Source: Chloroflexota bacterium
GTDB taxonomy: Bacteria > Chloroflexota > Dehalococcoidia > Lucifugimonadales > Australimonadaceae
NCBI GenBank assembly: GCA_002719775.1
Contig: PBEP01000015.1
Location: forward strand, 36,973 to 68,972
Direction of reading: 5' to 3'
DNA: 32,000 nucleotides
Part shown: piece after piece, positions 1 through 7,728 of the stretch
How positions within the stretch are numbered: the stretch's first letter is position 1
Layout of the letters: each line of letters starts with the position of its first letter
Program-made: the position numbers and the translations under genes
Notes under the pieces: model-generated
What the model saw: only the letters and a program-made list of their open reading frames with translations
Told to the model about the DNA's origin: nothing
The model's database searches: none

Positions 1-940
1 CAGCCTGAGCTGAAGTTTTGGATTTCATGCTTCCTGGTTTCGCAAGAACCTGACCACGTTCAACATCATCACGCTCAACTCCACGCAAGAGCGTTCCAAC
101 CGCATCCCCAGGTTCACCCTCATCCAAGAGTTTATGGAACATTTCAACGCCTGTCACAGTAGTCTTCTTGTCATCACCAAATCCAACAATTTCTATTTCA
201 TCACCGGGATGAACTGTTCCACGCTCAATTCGGCCTGTAACCACTGTACCTCTACCCTTAATACTAAAAACATCTTCAATGGGCATAAGGAAATCCTGAT
301 CCTTGGGGCGTTCAGGAATAGGAATGTAATCATCAACTGCAGCGACAAGTTCTCGGATTCCCTTGTACTCTTCTGCATTGATGTCAGTAGAAGTAGATTC
401 AAGTGCACCAAGGGCACTTAGGCGAATAATGGGAGTATCATCGCCAGGGAAATTATACTGATTCAACAGCTCTCTTACTTCTAATTCGACCAACTCGAGC
501 AGCTCAGGGTCGTCCATCATGTCAACCTTATTAAGAGCGACTACCAATTTAGGAACTTCGACCTGCCTAGCTAAAAGTATGTGCTCATGTGTTTGAGGCA
601 TCGGACCATCTGGTGCACTTACCACCAGAATTCCTCCGTCCATCTGTGCTGCTCCAGTAATCATGTTTTTAATGTAGTCAGCGTGACCTGGACAATCCAC
701 ATGCGCGTAGTGTCTGGTTTCTGACTCATATTCCACGTGTGCGATCGCGATAGTTACACCCCGAGCACGCTCCTCTGGAGCACTGTCAATTGACTCAAAA
801 GCACGAAAGTACTCGTTACCTTGAGCCAAAGACTGAACTTTGGTAATAGCAGCGGTTAACGTAGTTTTACCATGGTCAACGTGCCCTATAGTACCTACAT
901 TTACATGTGGCTTATTTCGATCAAATTTTTGCTTGGCCAT
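1..940 (-). CDS. tuf: Elongation factor Tu (N-terminal ~313 codons; C-terminus lies beyond the window start)
   Basis: Reverse translation from the ATG (cat at 938-940) gives [34 protein letters not shown]...[21 protein letters not shown]...LNKVD, the EF-Tu G1-G4 motifs. The ORF has no stop inside the window, so it is missing from the ORF track. Confidence 0.95.
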   Translation of the reverse strand, partial: MAKQKFDRNKPHVNVGTIGHVDHGKTTLTAAITKVQSLAQGNEYFRAFESIDSAPEERARGVTIAIAHVEYESETRHYAHVDCPGHADYIKNMITGAAQMDGGILVVSAPDGPMPQTHEHILLARQVEVPKLVVALNKVDMMDDPELLELVELEVRELLNQYNFPGDDTPIIRLSALGALESTSTDINAEEYKGIRELVAAVDDYIPIPERPKDQDFLMPIEDVFSIKGRGTVVTGRIERGTVHPGDEIEIVGFGDDKKTTVTGVEMFHKLLDEGEPGDAVGTLLRGVERDDVERGQVLAKPGSMKSKTSAQA

Positions 941-1011
941 TTCTCGTTCCTCAACTGTACTGCCTTAAAGGCTATATTTCTTTACTTCTTCCATATCAAC
1001 TTCTAGGTCGG

Positions 1012-1087
1012 TGGAGCCCACAATCGGACTTGAACCGATGACCTCGTTCTTACCAAGAACGTGCTCTGCCGTCTGAGCTATGTGGGC
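1012..1087 (-). tRNA. tRNA-Thr (anticodon GGU), CCA encoded
   Basis: Reverse complement GCCCACA-TA-GCTC-AGACGGCA-GAGC-A-CGTTC-TTGGTAA-GAACG-AGGTC-ATCGG-TTCAAGT-CCGAT-TGTGGGC-T-CCA folds as a full 76-nt cloverleaf. It lies directly upstream of tuf, as in the classical thrT-tufB arrangement. Confidence 0.9.
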
Positions 1088-1120
1088 TTTTACCCGCCTA
1101 TCTTAAAGCCCAACCTACAA

Positions 1121-1207
1121 TGGTGGAGGGAGTAGGATTCGAACCTACGTAGCCCAAAGGGCGTCAGGTTTACAGCCTGATGGATTTAACCACTCTCCCA
1201 TCCCTCC
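1121..1207 (-). tRNA. tRNA-Tyr (anticodon GUA), class II with long variable arm, CCA encoded
   Basis: Reverse complement GGAGGGA...TCAGG-CTGTAAA-CCTGA-CGCCCTTTGGGCTAC-GTAGG-TTCGAAT-CCTAC-TCCCTCC-A-CCA, 87 nt. Confidence 0.9.
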
Positions 1208-1289
1208 AAGTAGGCAGCCGTAATTCTAGCACAGCACCTGCAGCACGCCAACGCCTATCAAGCGCACGCATTACGTTTTGATACAAACG

Positions 1290-1364
1290 TGGAGCCCGAG
1301 GAGGGAGTCGAACCCACAACCTGCCAATTACAAATCGGCTGCGCTGCCGTTGCGCCACTCGGGC
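1290..1364 (-). tRNA. tRNA-Thr (anticodon UGU), CCA encoded
   Basis: Reverse complement GCCCGAG-TG-GCGC-AACGGCA-GCGC-A-GCCGA-TTTGTAA-TTGGC-AGGTT-GTGGG-TTCGACT-CCCTC-CTCGGGC-T-CCA, 75 nt. There is one U-U mismatch in the T stem. Confidence 0.85.
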
Positions 1365-1403
1365 CGACGAGATCTCCGTTCAACTCACGTCTGTATGCAA
1401 CAT

Positions 1404-1430
1404 AAAAAACGACGGCCCAAAGGCCGTCGG
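1404..1430 (-). terminator. Terminator-like GC hairpin plus T6, oriented on the minus strand, upstream of the tRNA cluster
   Basis: CGACGGCC-CAAA-GGCCGTCG forms an 8-bp stem (1410..1429). On the minus strand it is followed by TTTTTT (1404..1409). No minus-strand gene lies upstream of it; gatB on the right is on the plus strand. Confidence 0.5.
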
Positions 1431-1434
1431 AAAG

Positions 1435-1463
1435 ATTATAAAATTTTAGTATTTGAAGGTCAA
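1435..1463 (-). promoter_or_regulatory. Sigma70-type promoter candidate for the tRNA-tuf operon
   Basis: The minus strand reads TTGACC (1463..1458) - 17 nt - TATAAT (1440..1435). This is a near-consensus -35 and a perfect -10. Confidence 0.5.
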
Positions 1464-1507
1464 TAAGTTAAAACAATAATATCCCTTTTCTTGAACAAAT
1501 TAATTCA

Positions 1508-1537
1508 TTGAGATAAATGAGGATGATTAGCTATAAT
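1508..1537 (+). promoter_or_regulatory. Promoter candidate for gatB, implying a leaderless or near-leaderless mRNA
   Basis: TTGAGA (1508..1513) - 18 nt - TATAAT (1532..1537). The ATG of MSKYEAVIGLEVH starts at 1544, 6 nt after the -10, and no Shine-Dalgarno lies between them. Confidence 0.4.
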
Positions 1538-1543
1538 TACAGA

Positions 1544-3025
1544 ATGTCCAAATATGAAGCTGTCATAGGTTTAGAAGTTCACGCACAGTTGATCACACAG
1601 AGCAAAATGTATTGCTCTTGCGATACAAACTACCAACAAGCAGAGCCCAATACACACGTATGCCCTGTATGCTTAGGCCTCCCAGGTACTTTACCTGTAG
1701 TTAATAAAGAAGCTGTTAGAGCAGTGATTATGACTGGTCTAGCTCTAAACTCTGAAATTGCGAAAACAACGAAATTTGACCGGAAAAATTACCCTTATCC
1801 CGACCTAATGAAGGGCTACCAGATTTCGCAATTTGATGAACCAATTTGTTTGGGGGGTTACTTAGAAATCGGTAATGAGAAGATCCCGCGCAAAATTAGA
1901 GTCCATCGTGTTCACCTTGAAGAAGATGTAGCAAAGCTTCATCATGAAACAAGTATAGGAACACAGAATACTTACAGTTTAGTTGACGTAAACAGGGCTG
2001 GGGTTCCATTAATGGAAATGGTGAGCGAACCCGATATGCGTTCAGCAGAAGAGGCTAGAGACTATCTAACGGAGTTACATTCCATTCTCCAATACTTGGG
2101 TGTCTCCACTGCACAAATGGAAGATGGTGCATTCCGTTGTGATGCCAATGTCAGCATTAGAGAAAAGGGCTCTAAGGAGCTAGGTCCTAAGGTAGAAGTG
2201 AAAAATATGAACAGTTTCAGGGCTGTTCAAAAAGCTATTTCATTTGAAATAGAACGCCAAAGTGCGCTTGCAGACACAGGCGAGCGCGTGATTCAGGAAA
2301 CTCGAGGATGGGATGAATCAAAAAACATTACGGTTTCTCAAAGATCAAAAGAAAAAGCAAATGATTACAGATATTTCCCTGAACCTGATTTGCCACCACT
2401 GGAAATAAACCTCGAATGGGTCACCAGAATCAAGGCAACTTTGCCGGAGTTACCTAGGCAGAAAATCAGTCGTTATTCCAAAGAGATGGGTTTATCCACC
2501 TATGATGCAAGTTTATTAGCATCGAACTCAAAAACTGCAGATTATTTTGAAAAATCTTTAGGTTTCTCTAAAAACCCTACTCCCCAAACACCAAAAAGTA
2601 TAGCCAACTGGATTAATACCGAGCTGGCTCAGTACCTTAACCAAGGGAACGTAGATATCCTCAACCAGCCTGTTACTCCAGAGATTATGTCTGAGTTGGT
2701 TGAACTAATTGAGCAAAAAATTATTGGATCTGCACAAGCTAAACAAGTCTTGGCCGAAGTATACAAAACGGGCAAAAGTGCCTCTGAAATAATCGACTCC
2801 CTGGGATTAAAGCAAGTTAGTGATACTGGAGAGCTTCAGGTAGCAGTACTGCAAGCCATTAGCGAAAACCCCAAAGCAGTAGAGGATTTCAGATCGGGCA
2901 AGGATAGTGCACAAAAATTTCTAGTAGGTCAAGTAATGCGTCTTACTCAAGGTAAAGCCAATCCTTCTGTGACAGCAACTCTTGTAGCCGAAGAATTAAG
3001 CAGGTACTCTAATAGCAAGGAATAG
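1544..3025 (+). CDS. gatB: Asp/Glu-tRNA(Asn/Gln) amidotransferase subunit B
   Basis: MSKYEAVIGLEVHAQL...CPVCLGLPGTLPV...EPDLPP are GatB signatures and the protein is full length. I prefer the ATG at 1544 because the 9-aa extension from 1517 (MRMISYNYR) does not look conserved. Confidence 0.93.
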   Translation: MSKYEAVIGLEVHAQLITQSKMYCSCDTNYQQAEPNTHVCPVCLGLPGTLPVVNKEAVRAVIMTGLALNSEIAKTTKFDRKNYPYPDLMKGYQISQFDEPICLGGYLEIGNEKIPRKIRVHRVHLEEDVAKLHHETSIGTQNTYSLVDVNRAGVPLMEMVSEPDMRSAEEARDYLTELHSILQYLGVSTAQMEDGAFRCDANVSIREKGSKELGPKVEVKNMNSFRAVQKAISFEIERQSALADTGERVIQETRGWDESKNITVSQRSKEKANDYRYFPEPDLPPLEINLEWVTRIKATLPELPRQKISRYSKEMGLSTYDASLLASNSKTADYFEKSLGFSKNPTPQTPKSIANWINTELAQYLNQGNVDILNQPVTPEIMSELVELIEQKIIGSAQAKQVLAEVYKTGKSASEIIDSLGLKQVSDTGELQVAVLQAISENPKAVEDFRSGKDSAQKFLVGQVMRLTQGKANPSVTATLVAEELSRYSNSKE

Positions 3026-3034
3026 AGGAGAACG

Positions 3035-3253
3035 GTGAGTACTTATATAAACTTCGCAGTAATAATAGTTGTTGTCCTTCTGGTAATTACTGTCTTACTA
3101 CAATCAGCCAATAGTCAAGGCGGTGGCCTGTTCGGGGGTGGCGGCGGCACATTTAGGACACGTCGAGGGGTAGAGAAAACGCTATTCCAATTTACTATCA
3201 TCTTATCTGTAGCGTTTGTCGTCCTGGCTATTATAAATATGCGTTTTAGCTAG
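3035..3253 (+). CDS. secG: Preprotein translocase subunit SecG
   Basis: 72 aa with two hydrophobic helices flanking a Gly-rich loop (QGGGLFGGGGGTFRTRRG), the SecG pattern. The GTG start lies 4 nt after AGGAG. Confidence 0.75.
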   Translation: MSTYINFAVIIVVVLLVITVLLQSANSQGGGLFGGGGGTFRTRRGVEKTLFQFTIILSVAFVVLAIINMRFS

Positions 3254-3295
3254 AAGCCTAAAATGGCCATGTGCCTATCACGGATTCCGGTTCTG

Positions 3296-4666
3296 TCAAT
3301 TTTTCCCCTTGAATTTCCAGTTCGATCCTGCATGTGAATCTGTTAATTCAATGCCCATTTCTGATAATTCATCACGGATTTGGTCAGCTTGGGAAAATTC
3401 CTTTATAGCTCTAAAGTTTTCACGTTTTGCAATCAGGGTTTCTATTTTGCTGATTAAATCATCTGGAATCTCTACTTTAGGTTCACTGAAAGTAAAGCCA
3501 AAAATATTTTCAGCGATACCCAAAAGTTCTGCTTGTGCGTTACTTGTGTTATTCCCTAATGAAATACCAGAGTTGATTTCTCTGACGAAATCAAACATTG
3601 CTGCAAGTGCTTGGGGTGTGTTGAAATCATCATCCATTGCCGATAGAACATTCTCTTTAAAAGATGTCGATTCCAGAACAGCACCTTCACCCGGTTTCGC
3701 AGAAATTGCATTAGATAGTCTCTGAAATGCACGACCAGCACTTGTCATAAGTTCATCAGAATATGTAGCTGGACTTCTATAATGAGAAGAAAGGATCAGA
3801 TAACGCAACGCATTAGCAGAGTGCTTTTTAATTGCTGAATCTATTGTTACCAAATTGCCTAATGACTTGCTCATTTTTTCGTCTTCAAAAAGCATCATTC
3901 CGTTATGCATCCAAAATTTCGAAAGAGGCTCACCTTGGTTATATGCTTGGCTTTGAGCAATTTCATTTTCGTGATGTGGGAAAACTAAATCTTGGCCACC
4001 TCCATGTATATCTATTGTCTTGCCGAGATAATTAAATGCCATGGCAGAGCATTCAATATGCCAACCAGGCCTGCCCAAGCCCCAGGGACTTTGCCATGAA
4101 GGCTCACCTGGTTTTGCTGTTTTCCATAGAGAGAAATCCATTGGGTGTTCTTTTTTTTCGAGCCCTTCCACTCCGACGCTCGATCTCATACTGTCTAAAT
4201 TCCTTCTACTAAGCTTTCCATAATCAGGGTCTTTTGTGACACGGAAATAAACATCACCATTGACTTCATAAGCAAATTCTTTAGAAATCAAAACCTCAAT
4301 AAATTCAATCATCGAGGGGATTTCCATTGTTGCTCTGGGGTAATTGGCAGCTGGTTTGATGTTTAGGGTCCTTAGGGATTCGATATATTCCTGAATGTAT
4401 CGCTCAGAAATCACTTCTACTGATTCATTCTCCTTTGCAGACCTATCAATGAGTTTGTCATCTACATCCGTAAAGTTTTGAATATGGATTACTTCATACC
4501 CTTTGAATTCAAGGTAGCGACGAATCACATCAAAAACAATTGCACTCATCGCGTGACCAACATGTGCAGATGAGTAAGGGGTTATACCACATACATACAT
4601 TCGAACCTTATCTAAGGAAGGTTCGAAACTTTTTTTACTACCGCTAAGAGTATCGTGGATTTTCAT
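3296..4666 (-). CDS. cysS: Cysteine--tRNA ligase
   Basis: Class I motifs HVGHAMS (HIGH) and KMSKSLGN (KMSKS), plus the CGITPY N-terminus. The start overlaps the ispF stop (ATGA). The gene ends in TGA (3296..3298). Confidence 0.95.
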   Translation of the reverse strand: MKIHDTLSGSKKSFEPSLDKVRMYVCGITPYSSAHVGHAMSAIVFDVIRRYLEFKGYEVIHIQNFTDVDDKLIDRSAKENESVEVISERYIQEYIESLRTLNIKPAANYPRATMEIPSMIEFIEVLISKEFAYEVNGDVYFRVTKDPDYGKLSRRNLDSMRSSVGVEGLEKKEHPMDFSLWKTAKPGEPSWQSPWGLGRPGWHIECSAMAFNYLGKTIDIHGGGQDLVFPHHENEIAQSQAYNQGEPLSKFWMHNGMMLFEDEKMSKSLGNLVTIDSAIKKHSANALRYLILSSHYRSPATYSDELMTSAGRAFQRLSNAISAKPGEGAVLESTSFKENVLSAMDDDFNTPQALAAMFDFVREINSGISLGNNTSNAQAELLGIAENIFGFTFSEPKVEIPDDLISKIETLIAKRENFRAIKEFSQADQIRDELSEMGIELTDSHAGSNWKFKGKN

Positions 4667-5139
4667 GACTTTTTTTCTACGGAAGCGACCGACAAAACCA
4701 ATATGCCCTCTTTATTACCTGTATACCCCAGACCATCTTCTGTAGTTGCCTTAACACTTACGCAATTCAAATCAATTGCAAGAGCTTTTGAAATTTCTTT
4801 CCTTATTGGCAATAAATAATCCGATAATCGAGGAGTTTGGGTGACGATTGTAGCATCAACATTTTCAATGAACCAATTATCCTCATGTAATTTTTTAGCT
4901 GTAATTTTTAACAAATTTATGCTTGATGAGCCATACTCAACGGCTTCTTCGGGAAAATGCTTCCCTATATCTCCTAAAGCAGATGCACCCAAAATAGCAT
5001 CAATTAATGAATGGCAAAGCACATCACCATCGCTATGGCCTCCTAGGCCCGATGCTGATGTGATTTGAACTCCCCCTAGAATTAAAGGTCTACTTGAATC
5101 AAATCTGTGAGCGTCATATCCAATTCCAAATCTACTCAT
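4663..5139 (-). CDS. ispF: 2-C-methyl-D-erythritol 2,4-cyclodiphosphate synthase
   Basis: FGIGYDAHRF...GHSDGDVLCHSLIDAILGA...DIGKHFP, the canonical IspF motifs. Confidence 0.95.
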   Translation of the reverse strand: MSRFGIGYDAHRFDSSRPLILGGVQITSASGLGGHSDGDVLCHSLIDAILGASALGDIGKHFPEEAVEYGSSSINLLKITAKKLHEDNWFIENVDATIVTQTPRLSDYLLPIRKEISKALAIDLNCVSVKATTEDGLGYTGNKEGILVLSVASVEKKS

Positions 5140-5144
5140 TAAAT

Positions 5145-5816
5145 CTAGCCCTTCATTAAAACCTCTAGAAACTTTAAGTCTTCAGGCGTAGTAACTTTCA
5201 TATTCGTATGTGAACCAGGGTACACGGCTACTTGAATGCCTATTTTTTCCACCATAACCGCGTCATCTACCGCATCACCTATAAATTCCTTATGAGCTCT
5301 TTCAAGGATTTCACGTCTGAAAGTTTGCGGGGTTTGTACTGAAACAACAGAATCTCGCTCAAGCGTTTCGATAACCATTGATTTTGGCGTAACCATCTTG
5401 ATTGCGTCCTTTGGTGGAAGACCTGGGGTAGCAGCTCCTGTTTTTCTAGCCATTTTTAAGCCTTTTACAATCAAATCGTTTGTGACCATGGGTCGAGCGC
5501 CATCGTGAACAATTACCCAAGTTGATGAGCTAAGTGTTTCTAAACCAATTTTCACAGAATCGCGCCTTGTTCTACCGCCTATACAAATCGCTTTTATTTT
5601 AGTGAAATTGTATTCTTCTATCACGCTCCTGAGGCTTCGCAGGTGCTCGTTTCTGACAACTAGTACTATCTCATCTACCTCAGGGTTTCTCTCGAAAACT
5701 TGTGCGGTACGAATTACCAAAGGAACGCCATCCATCTCAAAAATGGCTTTTTCTATACCTTTCATGCGAGTGCTAAAGCCCGCTGAAACTATTATTGCCC
5801 CAACAATTTCGCCCAT
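5145..5816 (-). CDS. ispD: 2-C-methyl-D-erythritol 4-phosphate cytidylyltransferase
   Basis: AIIVSAGFSTRM...VLVHDGARP-like (VIVHDGARPMV)...VQTPQTF motifs. It lies upstream of ispF on the same strand. Confidence 0.92.
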   Translation of the reverse strand: MGEIVGAIIVSAGFSTRMKGIEKAIFEMDGVPLVIRTAQVFERNPEVDEIVLVVRNEHLRSLRSVIEEYNFTKIKAICIGGRTRRDSVKIGLETLSSSTWVIVHDGARPMVTNDLIVKGLKMARKTGAATPGLPPKDAIKMVTPKSMVIETLERDSVVSVQTPQTFRREILERAHKEFIGDAVDDAVMVEKIGIQVAVYPGSHTNMKVTTPEDLKFLEVLMKG

Positions 5817-5858
5817 ATCATTTAAAGAATAGCACTAAGTAAAAGAGGAGGTAAAAAG

Positions 5859-6677
5859 TTACAAATCTTTGGATGCATCAGAAAGTGCTTTGTATTGATC
5901 TTTAGTAAGTTCCCATTTTGTAGGTCCAAAATTCTCATCTACTCTCAAGATCTTGTTTGTTTGAGGGATAGTAACAGTCCAATTTTTTTGTATCGCCCAT
6001 TTGATTAGTACTTGTGCTGCAGTGCCTCCGGTCTCCTTAACCACACCTGCTAGAACTTCATGAACAATGTGACTGGAGTCCACTTCGTTTAAGAATCTGC
6101 CCTGCTCCAAAGGACTATACCCAATTACGGTAATATGGTTTTTTTCACAAAAAGGTAACAGCTCTTCTTCGATCTCTCGATTAAAAAGACTATATGGAAC
6201 CTGATTTGACACTATCCCGTGATTGCCACTCAAAGATTTCAAAGATTCGTTAGCCGCTTGCATTTGACTAACTGAAAAATTGCTTACTCCTACAAACCTG
6301 ATTTTCCCTTGTTCAAGTAACTTGGCCATACCTTCCATTGTTTCTGAGATCGGGATGTTTGAGTTTGGCCAATGAACTTGATAGAGATCAATGGTGTCAA
6401 TGCCCAATCGAACAAGACTTCTCTCGCACGCATTAACTAAATCTTTGGATTTTAAATTTTGTCCGGAAACTTTTGTTGCTATAAAGCACTGAGTCCTAAT
6501 TCCAGAAATAGCCTTCCCCACAAATTCCTCAGTTTCATATGCCTCAGCAGTATCAATTAAATTGGCTCCTAGTTCTATAGCCTTCTGAAGTATCAACGGG
6601 TCACCAAGGTATCTCCAAGTACCAATTCCAATAGATGGAATTGTTTCACCTGTGTTAGATAATGGTCTGCGATCCAT
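5859..6677 (-). CDS. Aldo/keto reductase family oxidoreductase
   Basis: GIGTW...IDTAEAYETEEFVGKA...LYQVHWP...VGVSNF are AKR family motifs. GGAG lies 6 nt upstream of the ATG. Confidence 0.85.
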   Translation of the reverse strand: MDRRPLSNTGETIPSIGIGTWRYLGDPLILQKAIELGANLIDTAEAYETEEFVGKAISGIRTQCFIATKVSGQNLKSKDLVNACERSLVRLGIDTIDLYQVHWPNSNIPISETMEGMAKLLEQGKIRFVGVSNFSVSQMQAANESLKSLSGNHGIVSNQVPYSLFNREIEEELLPFCEKNHITVIGYSPLEQGRFLNEVDSSHIVHEVLAGVVKETGGTAAQVLIKWAIQKNWTVTIPQTNKILRVDENFGPTKWELTKDQYKALSDASKDL

Positions 6678-6764
6678 AAATTACTCCGTATGCAATTATG
6701 GGGATTCCAAATTATTATCACATTTTGCTGAAACTAGCACATGAATACCCTCTGGTGGCATTTA

Positions 6765-7724
6765 ATGAATGATAACTACGTCCCTTGCCTTCTATGTAAA
6801 TCTGATTCACACACAGAAGTTGAATCGCATTTTGGAGATCCCTATAGAGCATCCAATAGCATTACCAGGACTGTAATTTGTAATCAATGCGGTTTAATTT
6901 ACTCAAACCCCCAACCAGGATTGGAACAACTTGAGCAGCTTTATAGCGGTTCTTATGGAGGGCAAAGGACTAACGTTCCTGATAGATTTTATATCTCACG
7001 TAAAGACTATGACGCTAGCCTAAGAATTGATTTCATAAAAAGAGTCTTGCCTAGTTTAAAGCCGGGAAGAGCTTTAGAAATAGGAGCGGGGGCAGGGAAT
7101 CAACTTTATGCTTTAAAAAGCTTGGGATGGGATGTCGAAGGAGTTGAACCAACACCAGGTTATGCATCATTTGCTCGCGAAAAATTTGAAGTCGAAGTAA
7201 TTGAAGGGTATTTTGATAAAAATATTTATGAGCCTGAAAGCTTTGATTTAATAATTATGGCGGAGGTTTTAGAGCATTTTCCGGATCCAGTAGATCTTTT
7301 GAATTCATTACATGGAATTTTAAAACCTGAAGGGTATATCTACATTGATGTTCCCAATGTGCTACGGCCTAACCGTTTTCGCCTTAAAGAATATCTTCAT
7401 GGTGACCATCTCACTTTTTTTTCCCCAAAAACATTTAAATTAGCTATAGAATTTTCAGGATATTCAATTGTTGAACATAAATGGCACTACTATCAATATG
7501 CCCTCCTTGAAAAATCAAAATCAAAGAAGCAAATTGATTTTGTTATAGAAGGGGACAATCCACTGGAGGTTTTAAAAGTACTTAAAAGGCCCAGATTTTA
7601 TTTAGTCGCGACTTTCATTAAACGCTCTGCTCGCAATCTGATTATCAGACTATTAGGCCCCTCTTTAGGAGCTAAAAGTTTAAGGAAAGGAGCTCATTTA
7701 AGAAACTTTTTTCGAGGTTGGTAG
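6765..7724 (+). CDS. Class I SAM-dependent methyltransferase with an N-terminal Cys4 zinc-ribbon-like element
   Basis: SAM motif I LEIGAGAGNQL with a downstream acidic motif, and N-terminal CLLC...CNQCGLIY pairs. ATG 6765 is preceded by GGTGG (6754..6758). The ORF-track start at 6741 has no ribosome-binding site. Substrate is unknown. Confidence 0.7.
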   Translation: MNDNYVPCLLCKSDSHTEVESHFGDPYRASNSITRTVICNQCGLIYSNPQPGLEQLEQLYSGSYGGQRTNVPDRFYISRKDYDASLRIDFIKRVLPSLKPGRALEIGAGAGNQLYALKSLGWDVEGVEPTPGYASFAREKFEVEVIEGYFDKNIYEPESFDLIIMAEVLEHFPDPVDLLNSLHGILKPEGYIYIDVPNVLRPNRFRLKEYLHGDHLTFFSPKTFKLAIEFSGYSIVEHKWHYYQYALLEKSKSKKQIDFVIEGDNPLEVLKVLKRPRFYLVATFIKRSARNLIIRLLGPSLGAKSLRKGAHLRNFFRGW

Positions 7725-7728
7725 TTAA

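Noticed and set aside
1208-1289. A degenerate tRNA-Gly in the spacer between tRNA-Thr(UGU) and tRNA-Tyr
   Set aside because: There is no GTTCRANYC T-loop, no acceptor-stem complementarity and no plausible anticodon arm.
1170-1466. 62-aa ORFs at 1170..1358 (-) and 1278..1466 (+)
   Set aside because: They overlap the tRNA-Tyr and tRNA-Thr genes and the hairpin. Their Arg/Pro-rich translations are typical of tRNA-derived noise.
1517-1543. Upstream ATG as the gatB start
   Set aside because: The MRMISYNYR extension precedes the conserved MSKYEAVIGLEVH start and overlaps the TATAAT box. It is kept only as an alternative.
3254-3295. A bidirectional terminator between the convergent secG and cysS genes
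   Set aside because: The region holds only an 8-bp self-complementary ATGGCCAT and a 3-4 bp CGGA/TCCG pairing with a 1-3 nt loop. There is no credible stem-loop or U-tract.
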